Sequence record: NZ_CP035506.1
From: a plasmid
DNA: 64,000 nucleotides
Reading direction: 5' to 3' (one strand)
The position numbers and the translations under genes are program-made. Shown piece by piece: positions 54,900 through 64,000 of the stretch (the first letter of the stretch is position 1; each line of letters opens with the position of its first letter). The notes below the pieces were generated by a model that was not told the DNA's origin, ran no database searches, and saw only the letters and a list, made by a program, of their open reading frames with translations.

Positions 54900-55910
54900 T
54901 CAGATACAATAATACTTTCTATACCACTCCACGAAACGGGCCACCCCCTCATTGATGTCGGTCTTCGGCAGGGGATGGCCCAGCAAGCGGGTGATGAGCG
55001 TCGCATCCGCCCAGGTGGCGGGCACGTCGCCAGGCTGCATGGGCAGGAAGTTCTTCTCCGCCTCCCGGCCCGTCGCCGCCTCGATGGCGGAGACGAAATC
55101 CATCAGCGGCACGGGCGCGCCATTGCCGATATTGACCACCCGCCAGGGCGCCACCGGGGAGAGGCTGTCGAATTCTCCCACCGGCTCCTGCCCGGGCGCC
55201 ACGTCGATCAGCCCCGCGATCCCCTCCACCAGATCGGCGACATAGGTGAAGTCACGCTTCATGTCGCCGTGGTTGTAGATGTCGATGGGCTTGCCTTGCA
55301 GCACGGCCTTGGTGAACTTGAACAGCGCCATGTCCGGCCGGCCCCAGGGGCCGTAGACGGTAAAGAAGCGGAACATGGTCGTCGGCAGACCGTAGAGATG
55401 GGCATAGGAATGCGCCATCGATTCCGTGGCCTTCTTCGTCGCGGCGTAGAAGGACATCTGGTGGTCGGCCCTGTCCGTCTCCGCATAGGGCATCCTGGTA
55501 TTGGCGCCATAGGCAGAGGAGGTGGAGGCCAGCAGCAGATGTGCGGGCGGCACCGCCCGCGCCGCCTCCAGCACCTCGAAGGTGCCGATGAGGTTCGCCT
55601 CCAAATAGGACCGCGGCGCGTCGATGGAATAGCGCACCCCCGCCTGGGCTGCGAGGTGGATCACCGCATCGGGGCGGAACTCCTCCATCAGGCCGCGCAC
55701 CAGCCCCTGATCCTCCACGCGGCCGATCACCGCGCGGAAGCCGGGATGTGCGCCCAGCATGGCGTGGCGCTTCTCCTTCAGCGAGACCTCGTAGTAGTCG
55801 CTCATCGCGTCGAGGCCGAGGACCTGCCAGCCATCGGAGAGCAGCCTTTCGGCCAGATGGTAGCCGATGAACCCGGCCGAGCCGGTGATGAAAGCCCTCT
55901 GCCCCGCCAT
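54900..55910 (-). CDS. NAD-dependent UDP-glucuronate 4-epimerase (UDP-GalA-forming)
   Basis: FITGSAGFIGYHLAERLL, YxxxK (YAATKKA), and collinearity with Cap1J/Gla-type epimerases. Immediately downstream of ugd. Confidence 0.75.
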   Translation of the reverse strand: MAGQRAFITGSAGFIGYHLAERLLSDGWQVLGLDAMSDYYEVSLKEKRHAMLGAHPGFRAVIGRVEDQGLVRGLMEEFRPDAVIHLAAQAGVRYSIDAPRSYLEANLIGTFEVLEAARAVPPAHLLLASTSSAYGANTRMPYAETDRADHQMSFYAATKKATESMAHSYAHLYGLPTTMFRFFTVYGPWGRPDMALFKFTKAVLQGKPIDIYNHGDMKRDFTYVADLVEGIAGLIDVAPGQEPVGEFDSLSPVAPWRVVNIGNGAPVPLMDFVSAIEAATGREAEKNFLPMQPGDVPATWADATLITRLLGHPLPKTDINEGVARFVEWYRKYYCI

Positions 55911-55923
55911 CTTCTCCGTCCCC

Positions 55924-57228
55924 TCAGCGCCCGACGCCGGCATAGGCGGCAAACCCCGCCTCCAGCACGCCGGTCTCGTCATAGACGTTGCGCAGGTCGG
56001 CCATCCTCGCCACGGCCATCGTCTCCGCCAGCCGGGGCAGGTCGAGGGCGCGGAACTCGTTCCATTCGGTCAGCAGGACCACGCAATCGGCGCCCTTCGC
56101 CGCCTCATAGGGATCCTCGCTCCAGGCGACGCCGGGCAGGAGCTTCTCCCCCTCGCGTTTCCCTTGCGGATCGACGACGGAGACCTGCGCCCCCGCGCCC
56201 ACCAGCGCCGGCACGATGGTGAGCGAGGGCGCGTCGCGCATGTCGTCGGTGTTGGGCTTGAAGGTCACGCCGAGGACGGCGACCTTCTTGCCGTTGACCG
56301 AGCCGTCGCAGAGGTCGACGACCTTGTCCACCATGCGCCGCTTGATCGCGTCGTTCACCGCAATGACCGTCTCCACGATCTGCATCGGCACGGCATGGTC
56401 CTGCCCGATGCGGGCCAGCGCCGAGGTATCCTTGGGGAAGCACGACCCGCCGTAGCCCGGCCCCGCATGCAGGAACTTGTTGCCGATCCGCCCGTCGAGG
56501 CCGATGCCCTTCGAGACCTGCTTCACATCCGCGCCGACCTTTTCGCACAGCCGCGCGATCTCGTTGATGAAGGTGATCTTGGTGGCGAGGAAGGCGTTGG
56601 CCGCGTATTTGATCATCTCCGCCGTTTCCAGATCCGTGTAGAGGATCGGGAAGTCGCGCAGGAAGAGCGGGCGATAGATCGCGCCCATCACTTCCTTCGC
56701 GCGCTCGGAGGTGACACCCACCACCACGCGGTCGGGGCGCATGAAATCGTCGATCGCAGCACCTTCGCGCAGGAATTCGGGGTTGGAGGCCACGTCGAAG
56801 TCTGCGGCCGGATTGGCGTCCCGGATCTCTGCGGCCACCTTGGCATTGGTCCCGACGGGCACGGTGGATTTCGTCACGATCACCGCATAGCCGGTCAGCG
56901 CCTCGGCCACCTCGCGCGCGGCGGCGAAGACATAGGTCAGGTCCGCATGCCCGTCCCCCCGCCGCGTCGGCGTGCCGACCGCGATGAAGACGGCATCCGC
57001 ACCCTCCACCGCCTCCTTCAGATCGCCGGTGAAGGACAGCCGTCCGGCCTGCACGTTCTTGGCCATGAGCTGATCGAGGCCAGGCTCGTAGATCGGCACC
57101 TCGCCCCGCTTCAGCATCTCGATCTTGCGGGGGTCCTTGTCCACGCAGACCACGTCATGTCCGAAGTCGGAAAAGCACACGCCGGAGACGAGGCCCACAT
57201 AGCCCGTGCCAATCATCGCTATCTTCAT
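55924..57228 (-). CDS. ugd: UDP-glucose 6-dehydrogenase
   Basis: MKIAMIGTGYVGLVSG Rossmann motif and catalytic Cys region GGSCFPKD. 435 aa from the internal ATG. Confidence 0.9.
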   Translation of the reverse strand: MKIAMIGTGYVGLVSGVCFSDFGHDVVCVDKDPRKIEMLKRGEVPIYEPGLDQLMAKNVQAGRLSFTGDLKEAVEGADAVFIAVGTPTRRGDGHADLTYVFAAAREVAEALTGYAVIVTKSTVPVGTNAKVAAEIRDANPAADFDVASNPEFLREGAAIDDFMRPDRVVVGVTSERAKEVMGAIYRPLFLRDFPILYTDLETAEMIKYAANAFLATKITFINEIARLCEKVGADVKQVSKGIGLDGRIGNKFLHAGPGYGGSCFPKDTSALARIGQDHAVPMQIVETVIAVNDAIKRRMVDKVVDLCDGSVNGKKVAVLGVTFKPNTDDMRDAPSLTIVPALVGAGAQVSVVDPQGKREGEKLLPGVAWSEDPYEAAKGADCVVLLTEWNEFRALDLPRLAETMAVARMADLRNVYDETGVLEAGFAAYAGVGR

Positions 57229-57337
57229 GGGGAGGTTGCCTTTTGATGCTTGTTCAAGGGGGTGTTCAGAAAAGGAGGGGTGTTCGGGAAGGTTAAAGCG
57301 ACAATCATCTGCCCGCACAACTGCGAAACGTTCCGCC

Positions 57338-58655
57338 TCATGCAGAACTCCCCTCTCGCTGCCGGCGGGCGGCGCGCGCGAGCTCGAAGAAGACATAGCC
57401 GCTGGAGAACAGGTAGAAAAACACCATTATCATGCTGTAGCTGGCCACATAGACCTCTGCCTCCGCCCCGGTGCGCCGGCAGGCCCAGTAAAGAACCAGC
57501 AACAGGGCCACGCGCAATCCGTTGATGATCAGATAGGCCGCCAGATTGCCCATGATGTTGAACACCTGCATGAGCGGCGTCGAAGTGACCTGGAACAGCA
57601 TGTAGAGCGCGAGCCATGAGGCGAAATATCCCGCCTGCGCCCAGTTCGCCCCGAAGACCAGGGAGAAAAGGGACGGTCCCCAGAAGGTCACGACGAGCGT
57701 GGGCAGGATACCCACCAGAAACAGCCGCTTCTGGATGATCTTGCTCAGATCGAAGATGCGGCCCGCCTGACGCCGGCCGAGCTTGGCGATCTCGCCGTAA
57801 TAGGCATTGCCGAGGGTCTGGGAGATGATCACGATCGGCAGCGCCATGACCTGCATGGCAAGGCCGAACTGCCCCGTCGTCGCGGGATCGTAGAGCGAAG
57901 CCGAAAAGATGAGGGGCGCCTGCATGGCGAAGGCCAACAGGAAATGCGAGGGCAGCCGGTAGATCGGAAAGCTGCGGAAGCGCCAGGCGAAGTAGCGCAT
58001 GCGCCGCCAGGAAACCATGCGGAAGCTCTTGCGAAAATCCGGCAGGAAGGCGCGCAGCATCCGCCCCGACCCTCCCCCGCTTGCAAGAACCCCGCCGAGC
58101 AGCAGGCCGATCGACCCGGCAGCGGCAAGGCCGAACCCGATCTTGGCGAGGCTGCTGGTGATGGACTGGCTGATCTGGGACTGCGAGATCACCCGGTAGT
58201 TCCGCCGCCTGACGCCCCAGGACAACAGCATCTCATAGGTTACCGAGGCGATCAGGCCCACGGGGACCAGCCACCACCAGGGCGCCAGATCCTCCATGGA
58301 CATGCGGGCGAAAAGCCGCTCTCCCCAGAAGAACAGCACAAGCGTCACGACCGCGATTATCGTGAGGGCGCAGGTCAGGGAAAGCACGAAAAGGTTCATT
58401 GCCGCGCCGTCGCTGCGCTGCTGGGCGATCGGCGTGCCATAGCGCAGCGTCAGCAGCGGCGCGATCATCCCGGTAAAGGCGAGCATGAGCGCCGCGATGC
58501 CGAAATCATGGGAACTGTAGAGCCGGGTCACGATCGGATAGCTGGCAAAGCCGATGACCCGGGCCGCCATCCCGCCGATCGCCAGAATGCTCATGCCCCG
58601 GAACACGGCGCCCGCGGGCCCGCCGAACAGGGCTGATTTCAGTTTCTGCCGCATG
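57338..58655 (-). CDS. Oligosaccharide/polysaccharide flippase-like MOP-superfamily membrane protein (second Wzx-like gene)
   Basis: About 12 TM helices. The N-terminal extension in the ORF track is low-complexity; the likely start is MRQKLKSALFGG. Confidence 0.55.
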
Positions 58656-58781
58656 GGTGCTCCGCGGGAAGGAAGGGGGGATTGCATGCCAACGGGCGTT
58701 CCACTCTGGTCGGGTTGCCGCCCTGCGGCGGGATCGGAGGTCATCGTTCCGCTGTCACTCGCCACTCCGCCATCATCCCTG

Positions 58782-59831
58782 TCACCCGATACCGAGATCC
58801 CGCGCCAGACGCAGGTATCCCTCCCCCAGCCGGTCGGGAGGCAGTTTCAGCAGCTGATCGAGCGCGCGGAGCGCGTCGCGCGTTCCCTTGAGTTCCGCCC
58901 GCGCCTCTGCCGAACGGATCCGCGGCAAAAGCCCCATCATCCGCAACCGGGCATAGGAATAGGTGCGCGCACGGATATCGGCGACCTGCGCCGGAGCCAG
59001 CCTGCCCGAGCCGAACTGCTTGGCGAAGATGAGGCCACGGTTCAGGATGCTCATCGCGGCGTGATGATACGGATCCGGCCGCCCGGCGGGGGCACGATGG
59101 TGATAGACCCGCGCCCGCCTTGCCGCCACGAGCGCACCGAACCGCATGGCCTGAAAGCTCGCGTCGATATCCTCGAACAGGCCGTAGCCCGCGAAAGCCT
59201 CCTCGAACCCGGAGGGGCGGATCGCCGCGGTGCGGAAGGACATGAGATAGCCGGTCATCCAGCCGACCTTCACCGCATCCTCCTCCTCCAGCCAGTCGGG
59301 AGCGGGCACGAGATCGGCAAGCGCATTGCCCATCGCGGGGAAAGGATTGCGGTCGGCGATGCCCCGTTCGAGCCGGTGCCGGAGCCGCTTCATCCGTGCC
59401 TCGCTCCGATGGGCATCGCTGATCTGGTAGCTGCGCCCCAGATCGATGCCGGGGGGCGGCTCGGGCGCATCGACGCAGCGCACGCCGGCGATCATCTCCT
59501 CCCCGTCCCGCTCATAGATGCGCAGGAGCGCCTCCGTCGTGCCCGGATGACAGAGGGAATCGTCGTCGGGGAAGAACACGACCGGGGCCGTCACTTCCGT
59601 CAGGCCGAGGTTGCGCTGCCGCGTCAGCCCCTTGGCCGACCGCATGAGGCGCAGCGGCACGTCGGACTGCGGGCGCAGCCGTTCGACCAGATCAGCAACG
59701 GGCGCCGCATCGTCCGAGCTGTCGACCACGATGATCCTTGAGGGCCGGCGGGACTGCCCGATCAGCAGGGGAAGGCAGAGTTCAAGCGCATCCGGGCGGT
59801 TTCGGGTAGCCACGACAACGTCGAAATCCAT
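58782..59831 (-). CDS. Glycosyltransferase family 2 (paralog of 28927..30021)
   Basis: VVATRNRPD...IIVVDSSDD...FFPDDDS. Shares long collinear segments with the 28927 gene (e.g. PDWLEE, GLFEDIDAS, YHH.AP). Confidence 0.7.
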   Translation of the reverse strand: MDFDVVVATRNRPDALELCLPLLIGQSRRPSRIIVVDSSDDAAPVADLVERLRPQSDVPLRLMRSAKGLTRQRNLGLTEVTAPVVFFPDDDSLCHPGTTEALLRIYERDGEEMIAGVRCVDAPEPPPGIDLGRSYQISDAHRSEARMKRLRHRLERGIADRNPFPAMGNALADLVPAPDWLEEEDAVKVGWMTGYLMSFRTAAIRPSGFEEAFAGYGLFEDIDASFQAMRFGALVAARRARVYHHRAPAGRPDPYHHAAMSILNRGLIFAKQFGSGRLAPAQVADIRARTYSYARLRMMGLLPRIRSAEARAELKGTRDALRALDQLLKLPPDRLGEGYLRLARDLGIG

Positions 59832-60080
59832 AAGTCTGGCAGCCCTTGCGCTAGTTCGTCCCCGCATCGGAAGGCCCCGATACATTCTTCAATATAAACG
59901 GAAGTTCGGGAAACACAAAGTGGGTTCTGCATTGCAGCATCGGAGGGCCGGCCTGCAGGCAGGGCTGTGCTTCGGGGCACTCCCCTCCGTGAGGAAAGCC
60001 CCTGCCCGCGCGGCCTCCCCCTCCCTCCCCGGCTCCCGCGGGTTGCCGGGGCCCGAAACGGCGCGATGAGGCGCAAGCGA

Positions 60081-60551
60081 TCAGGAAAAGATTTCCGCCC
60101 GGAGACGGGTGAGCAGGTTCTGACGGGAGAGGGACTCCTCCGCCTTCATGGGGGCGAGGTCCGGCTCCGACAGAAGGGCTTGCAGATCCTCGCGCGTCTC
60201 GGCGATGTGGATGCCGGGGATGCGGTTCATCTGGGAAACCGTCGCGAGCTGGTGATCGTTGCGGTGTTCGCCGAAGGCCACGCGCCGCGCCATCAGGACA
60301 AGGGGTTTCTCCGCCTTCAGCCCCGACAGGATCGTGCCGATCCCCGCATGGCCCACGATGACGCGGGCCGCGTCGAAATGCTGCTTGAACTCACGCGGGG
60401 CCAGGAAATCGACGCTTTCAAAGTTGGCAGGCTTCACGCGGGCATTGCCGATCTGTCCGAAGATGGCCTCCTGGAGGCTGGGCGCGACCTCGTCCATCGC
60501 CTTCACCAGACGATCGAACGGCAATTGGGTGCCAAGGGTCAGAAAGATCAT
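60081..60551 (-). CDS. Glycosyltransferase family 28 C-terminal-domain protein, Alg13/PssE/EpsF-like subunit
   Basis: MIFLTLGTQLPFDRL...VIVGHAGIGT motif. ATGA overlap with the upstream Alg14-like gene. Confidence 0.7.
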   Translation of the reverse strand: MIFLTLGTQLPFDRLVKAMDEVAPSLQEAIFGQIGNARVKPANFESVDFLAPREFKQHFDAARVIVGHAGIGTILSGLKAEKPLVLMARRVAFGEHRNDHQLATVSQMNRIPGIHIAETREDLQALLSEPDLAPMKAEESLSRQNLLTRLRAEIFS

Positions 60552-61024
60552 ATGACGCTTCCCCAGTAGGCCGGCTGGTTCTCCTTTTGCGCCAGATGTT
60601 CCCATTGTGTCAGGGTCACGTGACAGAATTTTCGGGCCAGCTTGCCGCTCAACGACAGCTTCTCGGAATTGGCGATGCTGTCGATCCAGATGGTCTTCGC
60701 CCCGAAGACCCGGCCCCAGAGCAGGCAAAGAAGCCCGGGAGCGGCGCCGGTGGACAGAATCACATCCGGTTTCAACCGGCTGACCAGAACGAAGGTCTCC
60801 CCCAGACCGCGCAGCATCTTCAGCGGTTCGTTCTGGTTGTAATCCCGGAGCGAAAGAAAGGCGGGCAGATCGTAATGCTCCGCCTGGCGGGCGTCGGTGC
60901 AGGCAAAGGTGACGCTCCCCCCCTCGAAGGCGGGGGCGATCTGCATGAGCTGCTCCCAGTGCCCTCCCGTTGATGCCACGGCCAGAATTTTGGGGCTGTG
61001 GGATGAGCCACTCTTCTTCATCAT
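60548..61024 (-). CDS. Alg14/PssD/EpsE-like glycosyltransferase membrane-anchor subunit
   Basis: KILAVASTGGHWEQL...VILSTGAAPG motif pattern of the Alg14 family. Confidence 0.7.
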   Translation of the reverse strand: MMKKSGSSHSPKILAVASTGGHWEQLMQIAPAFEGGSVTFACTDARQAEHYDLPAFLSLRDYNQNEPLKMLRGLGETFVLVSRLKPDVILSTGAAPGLLCLLWGRVFGAKTIWIDSIANSEKLSLSGKLARKFCHVTLTQWEHLAQKENQPAYWGSVI

Positions 61025-61485
61025 GGGGAGTTCTCGGCTGACAGGGTCACCCGCATGAAACCGGAAGTTCGCTCCGCGTGCAAGCGGTTGCAGGGGCTTT
61101 GGCGGCGCGTTCTTCGGCTTGGGCGGGAGAGAGGCTGCCCGGTCACAGGCCGGCGGGGGAAGCTGGGAATGTCATAGAAGATCGACAGGATGGAGATCGC
61201 TAGGCCGGGGGTCTGCAGGGTCGGGATCGCCAGGTCGGGGATCGCGCTCCAGGCGCTGGCCGGCCGGTGCTGGTCGGGAGGCGCTGGCCGGAAGACGCTG
61301 GCCGGGAGGCCGGGCCGGGAGTGGAGGCAGGAAGAATTCCGCATCCGCCTGATACCGCAGCGGCCATGCGGGGCGGACAGGCCAACGGCTGGCCTCACAT
61401 CTTCAAGGGCTGCTGGTTCAGATGCTGCTGGCGCGCGCAGTCCGGCGCGCAGGACATGTCTCCGTGCGGAGCGCTCATCCGACCC

Positions 61486-61505
61486 TGTTTCGCGCGCGAA
61501 ACATC
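61486..61505. promoter_or_regulatory. Perfect palindrome TGTTTCGCGCGCGAAACA(TC), copy 1 of 2
   Basis: Exact 20-bp repeat of the element at 62431..62450. Located downstream of the VPLPA-CTERM gene 61558..62064. Confidence 0.4.
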
Positions 61506-61557
61506 CGAAAGGAAAGACCGCCCGAAGGCGGCCTTTCCCGGCAAGGATAATCCGGTA

Positions 61558-62064
61558 TCAGGCGGCTTTGGCGTCCGACCGGCGGGTGCGGGAGACGATA
61601 CCCGCCGCGCCAAGGCCGGCCAGCAGCAGAAAACCGGCGGCCGGAAGCGGCACCGAGGACGGGGGCACCGCCTCGGATATCAGGGTGAGCGTCACGCCCA
61701 CCGGGCTGGCCACGCCGTCAAAGAAGGTGACGTAGAAATCTTCCGACGTCGTGAAGCTGGGCAGCGTCCCGCCGGCGGTGGCAAGCTGCGCACGCCCGAA
61801 GAAGGTGCCGAAGGTGCTCCAGGTATAGGCTTGACCGCCGTTGATGGAGAAGGTCACGTCGAGCAGATCGGTGAAATCGCCCGATCCGGCCAGACTGAAG
61901 TCGAAGGTCATCGGGCTGTCCACGATGACGTTGAAGACCACCGTGCCGCCCGGAGAGAGCACGTCGGTGGCCGAAGTCAGCTCGCCTGCAACCGGTGTTA
62001 TGGTGACCGCCGGAGCCGCGACGGGGAGTGCTGCAAGAAACGCAGCCGCGAGAAGATGTTTCAT
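61558..62064 (-). CDS. VPLPA-CTERM (PEP-CTERM variant) sorting-domain protein, secreted
   Basis: Signal peptide MKHLLAAAFLAALPVAAPA. C-terminus SVPLPAAGFLLLAGLGAAGIVSRTRRSDAKAA. AT-rich upstream region. Confidence 0.8.
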   Translation of the reverse strand: MKHLLAAAFLAALPVAAPAVTITPVAGELTSATDVLSPGGTVVFNVIVDSPMTFDFSLAGSGDFTDLLDVTFSINGGQAYTWSTFGTFFGRAQLATAGGTLPSFTTSEDFYVTFFDGVASPVGVTLTLISEAVPPSSVPLPAAGFLLLAGLGAAGIVSRTRRSDAKAA

Positions 62065-62430
62065 GTTGATCCTTATTGTTTGGGGTCGTCAGACCGCTTT
62101 GGGGGAGCGGAAAAACATTAATTCAACTTTTAGTAGCAAGACCAAGGTAACAAACTGAAAGAATTACAACAATAGGGTTAATACCGGATCTCAAATGCAT
62201 CTTAGATGTGCATTCCGTCAACAATTTAACAACCTTAAGGCGATCTTATGTAACAAAGACAACCTTTTCGTTTCTTGCCCCCCGCAGATGCCTCGGAAAC
62301 TCGCCTGACTGTTTTCCGATCCGCAAAGAACCGCCCCCCGGAATCCGGCGGATTGTTTACGGTGAGAGAGGCGCGCCCCGCCTGCCCTGCCCTCCACAGA
62401 CCCGGTCCGCGTGAAGCTACGATTCGGGAA

Positions 62431-62450
62431 TGTTTCGCGCGCGAAACATC
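62431..62450. promoter_or_regulatory. Perfect palindrome TGTTTCGCGCGCGAAACA(TC), copy 2 of 2
   Basis: Identical to 61486..61505. Lies upstream of the VPLPA-CTERM promoter region and just past the 3' end of repA. Confidence 0.4.
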
Positions 62451-62453
62451 GGG

Positions 62454-63542
62454 TCAGCCCTTCTCTGCCGCCCGCGCCCGGACATAGCCGAGGAAGGCCT
62501 TCCGGGCGGAGGCCAGCCGCGGCCGCCCGGTCGCGGCCCAGTAGCGCCGCCAGTCCGCCTCCAGCGCATAGATATCCCAGCCGGGGGCCAGCGCCCGCGC
62601 CTCCTCGATCGCCTCGGGCGTGAGCTGCGGCGCGCCGAGCGGCGTGCGCGCCCGCTCCACCACCTCGCGCGGCGTGACGCGGAGCACATCGCCCGCCTCC
62701 TCCGCCAGTGTGTAATCGGGCAGGGTATCGGCGGCGATCATGTCGCGGATCATCTTGCGGAACACCCGGCGGGGAGAGGCGGAACCGGATTTCTTGTGCA
62801 GCACCTCGATCGACACCCGCCATTCCGGCTGCCGCCCGCAGTGCTTGCGCGCCAGCTCATAGACCCGCCGCTCCAGCGGCTTCCTGAGCCGGAAGTAGTC
62901 CCGCGAAAGCGTCAGGACCGATTTCGACAGCACGGCCCGGTAGAGCCAGTCCGACAGGGTGACGGAGACGGAGATCATCCGCCCGCCCCGGCTATGCCGC
63001 ACGATCTGCCAGGCCTCGATCATGCCGAAGCCGGTGGTCGTCTCGGTTTCTCCGGTCACCATGTTGGTGGTGATGCGGGTCCCCGCCAGCCGCTCGAAGG
63101 CCTCGCGGAGCCGCTGGTAGCCGTCGCCCGACGCCTCCCGCCCCGTGGCCGCCATCAGGTCCGCCGCCTTGAGCCGGAGACTCCGCGACACCGGGCGACC
63201 GGCGTTGATCGCGGCCATGAGCTGGCTCACGCAGAAGATCAGGATGTCCTTGTCGTGGATCGTGGCGAGGCCGCGGACGGAGGGGGTCACCGTGATCTCC
63301 ACCCCGTTATGGGCATAGGCGAGGATGCGCAGGTCCGGCCGGGTGGAGAGCGAGAACATCGGATGCTCCATGCTCCCCAGATCGTCCTTGGGCAGCGCAT
63401 CGAAGATATCCGCCACGAAGAAGCCGCCCCGCGGCAGTTCGGCCGGAAGGCTCGCAGCGGGCGCAGTTCCGGGCACAGTTTTGGGCACCGGCAGCCCCTC
63501 CGCCCGCGGGGGTTTTCGGCGGCGGGAACCGGCGGCCGTCAT
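62454..63542 (-). CDS. repA: Plasmid-type replication initiator protein (RepA, RPA family)
   Basis: N-terminal motif GGFFVADIFDALPKDDLGSMEHPMFSLS, characteristic of the replication initiator protein A family of alphaproteobacterial replicons. 362 aa. Confidence 0.6.
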   Translation of the reverse strand: MTAAGSRRRKPPRAEGLPVPKTVPGTAPAASLPAELPRGGFFVADIFDALPKDDLGSMEHPMFSLSTRPDLRILAYAHNGVEITVTPSVRGLATIHDKDILIFCVSQLMAAINAGRPVSRSLRLKAADLMAATGREASGDGYQRLREAFERLAGTRITTNMVTGETETTTGFGMIEAWQIVRHSRGGRMISVSVTLSDWLYRAVLSKSVLTLSRDYFRLRKPLERRVYELARKHCGRQPEWRVSIEVLHKKSGSASPRRVFRKMIRDMIAADTLPDYTLAEEAGDVLRVTPREVVERARTPLGAPQLTPEAIEEARALAPGWDIYALEADWRRYWAATGRPRLASARKAFLGYVRARAAEKG

Positions 63543-64000
63543 GCCCCCCGCCCCCGGCTGCCGCCCGGTTCCGCAGCCTGTGCCGCGCCTGTCTTCCGCA
63601 TCTGCCCGACCCTCTCCGGTCCCCTCTGACGGGGTGACTCGTTTCGTGGTTTCAATGACACCCTAGAAAGCGCGCGTCCTTCCGTCCAGCGCCGCGGGGG
63701 AGGGCGATGCAGATCCTGCGGCCCGCCGAGCGTGGGATCGGAATCGGAGCGACGTGGTTTCCGAGTCGGAGAAACGGGGTTTCGGATTCACTCCTGCGCC
63801 TGCGAGCCGCCGCTCACCCCGTGAATTCAGGGCTTTGCGGAAAGGGCGTGATCCCGTAACTATGAAATAACTCCATACCTAACACCGCCCGCCGCTGGAG
63901 CCGTGACAAGCGCGCCACAAATGAACGAAAAATTGCGCGGGCCCCTCCTTCGGAACCCCTTTATTTGCTGAGAAAAAATCGGCTGTGTTCGCTTTTCTGT

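Overview
High-GC (~65%) bacterial DNA, probably alphaproteobacterial, from an accessory region that may be a plasmid or integrated element: a RepA-like replication initiator gene sits at the right end. The window is dominated by one or two exopolysaccharide (EPS) biosynthesis loci organised around an exosortase system. There is an exosortase with a fused EpsI-like domain and three secreted proteins ending in a VPLPAAG-hydrophobic-RRK tail (the VPLPA variant of PEP-CTERM). Alongside are Wza, Wzb, a frameshifted Wzc, a WecA/MraY-family priming transferase, Wzy-like and Wzx-like proteins, many GT1, GT2 and GT14 glycosyltransferases, and a pyruvyl transferase. Sugar-nucleotide genes galE, gmd, fcl, ugd and a UDP-glucuronate 4-epimerase are present, plus PssD/PssE-like split glycosyltransferase subunits and a murA-murB paralog pair. 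The region carries several mobile elements. Two near-identical IS5-family (IS427-group) copies lie in inverted orientation and bracket about 24.5 kb of EPS genes. One copy is disrupted by a nested minimal Tn3-family transposon (tnpA, tnpR, 38-bp IRs, 5-bp TSD AGCCA). An IS21-family element (istA/istB) truncates a membrane protein gene, and there is an IS3 orfA remnant. Other genes are aqpZ, a ClC channel, mntH, a methyltransferase, a META-domain lipoprotein and an orphan HicB-like gene. No rRNA, tRNA or CRISPR was recognised. Four frameshifts disrupt wzc and a beta-helix protein gene, all -1 events in G/C homopolymers; this is more consistent with homopolymer sequencing error than pseudogenisation, but phase variation cannot be excluded. 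Many long antisense ORFs in the six-frame track are high-GC artefacts and were rejected.
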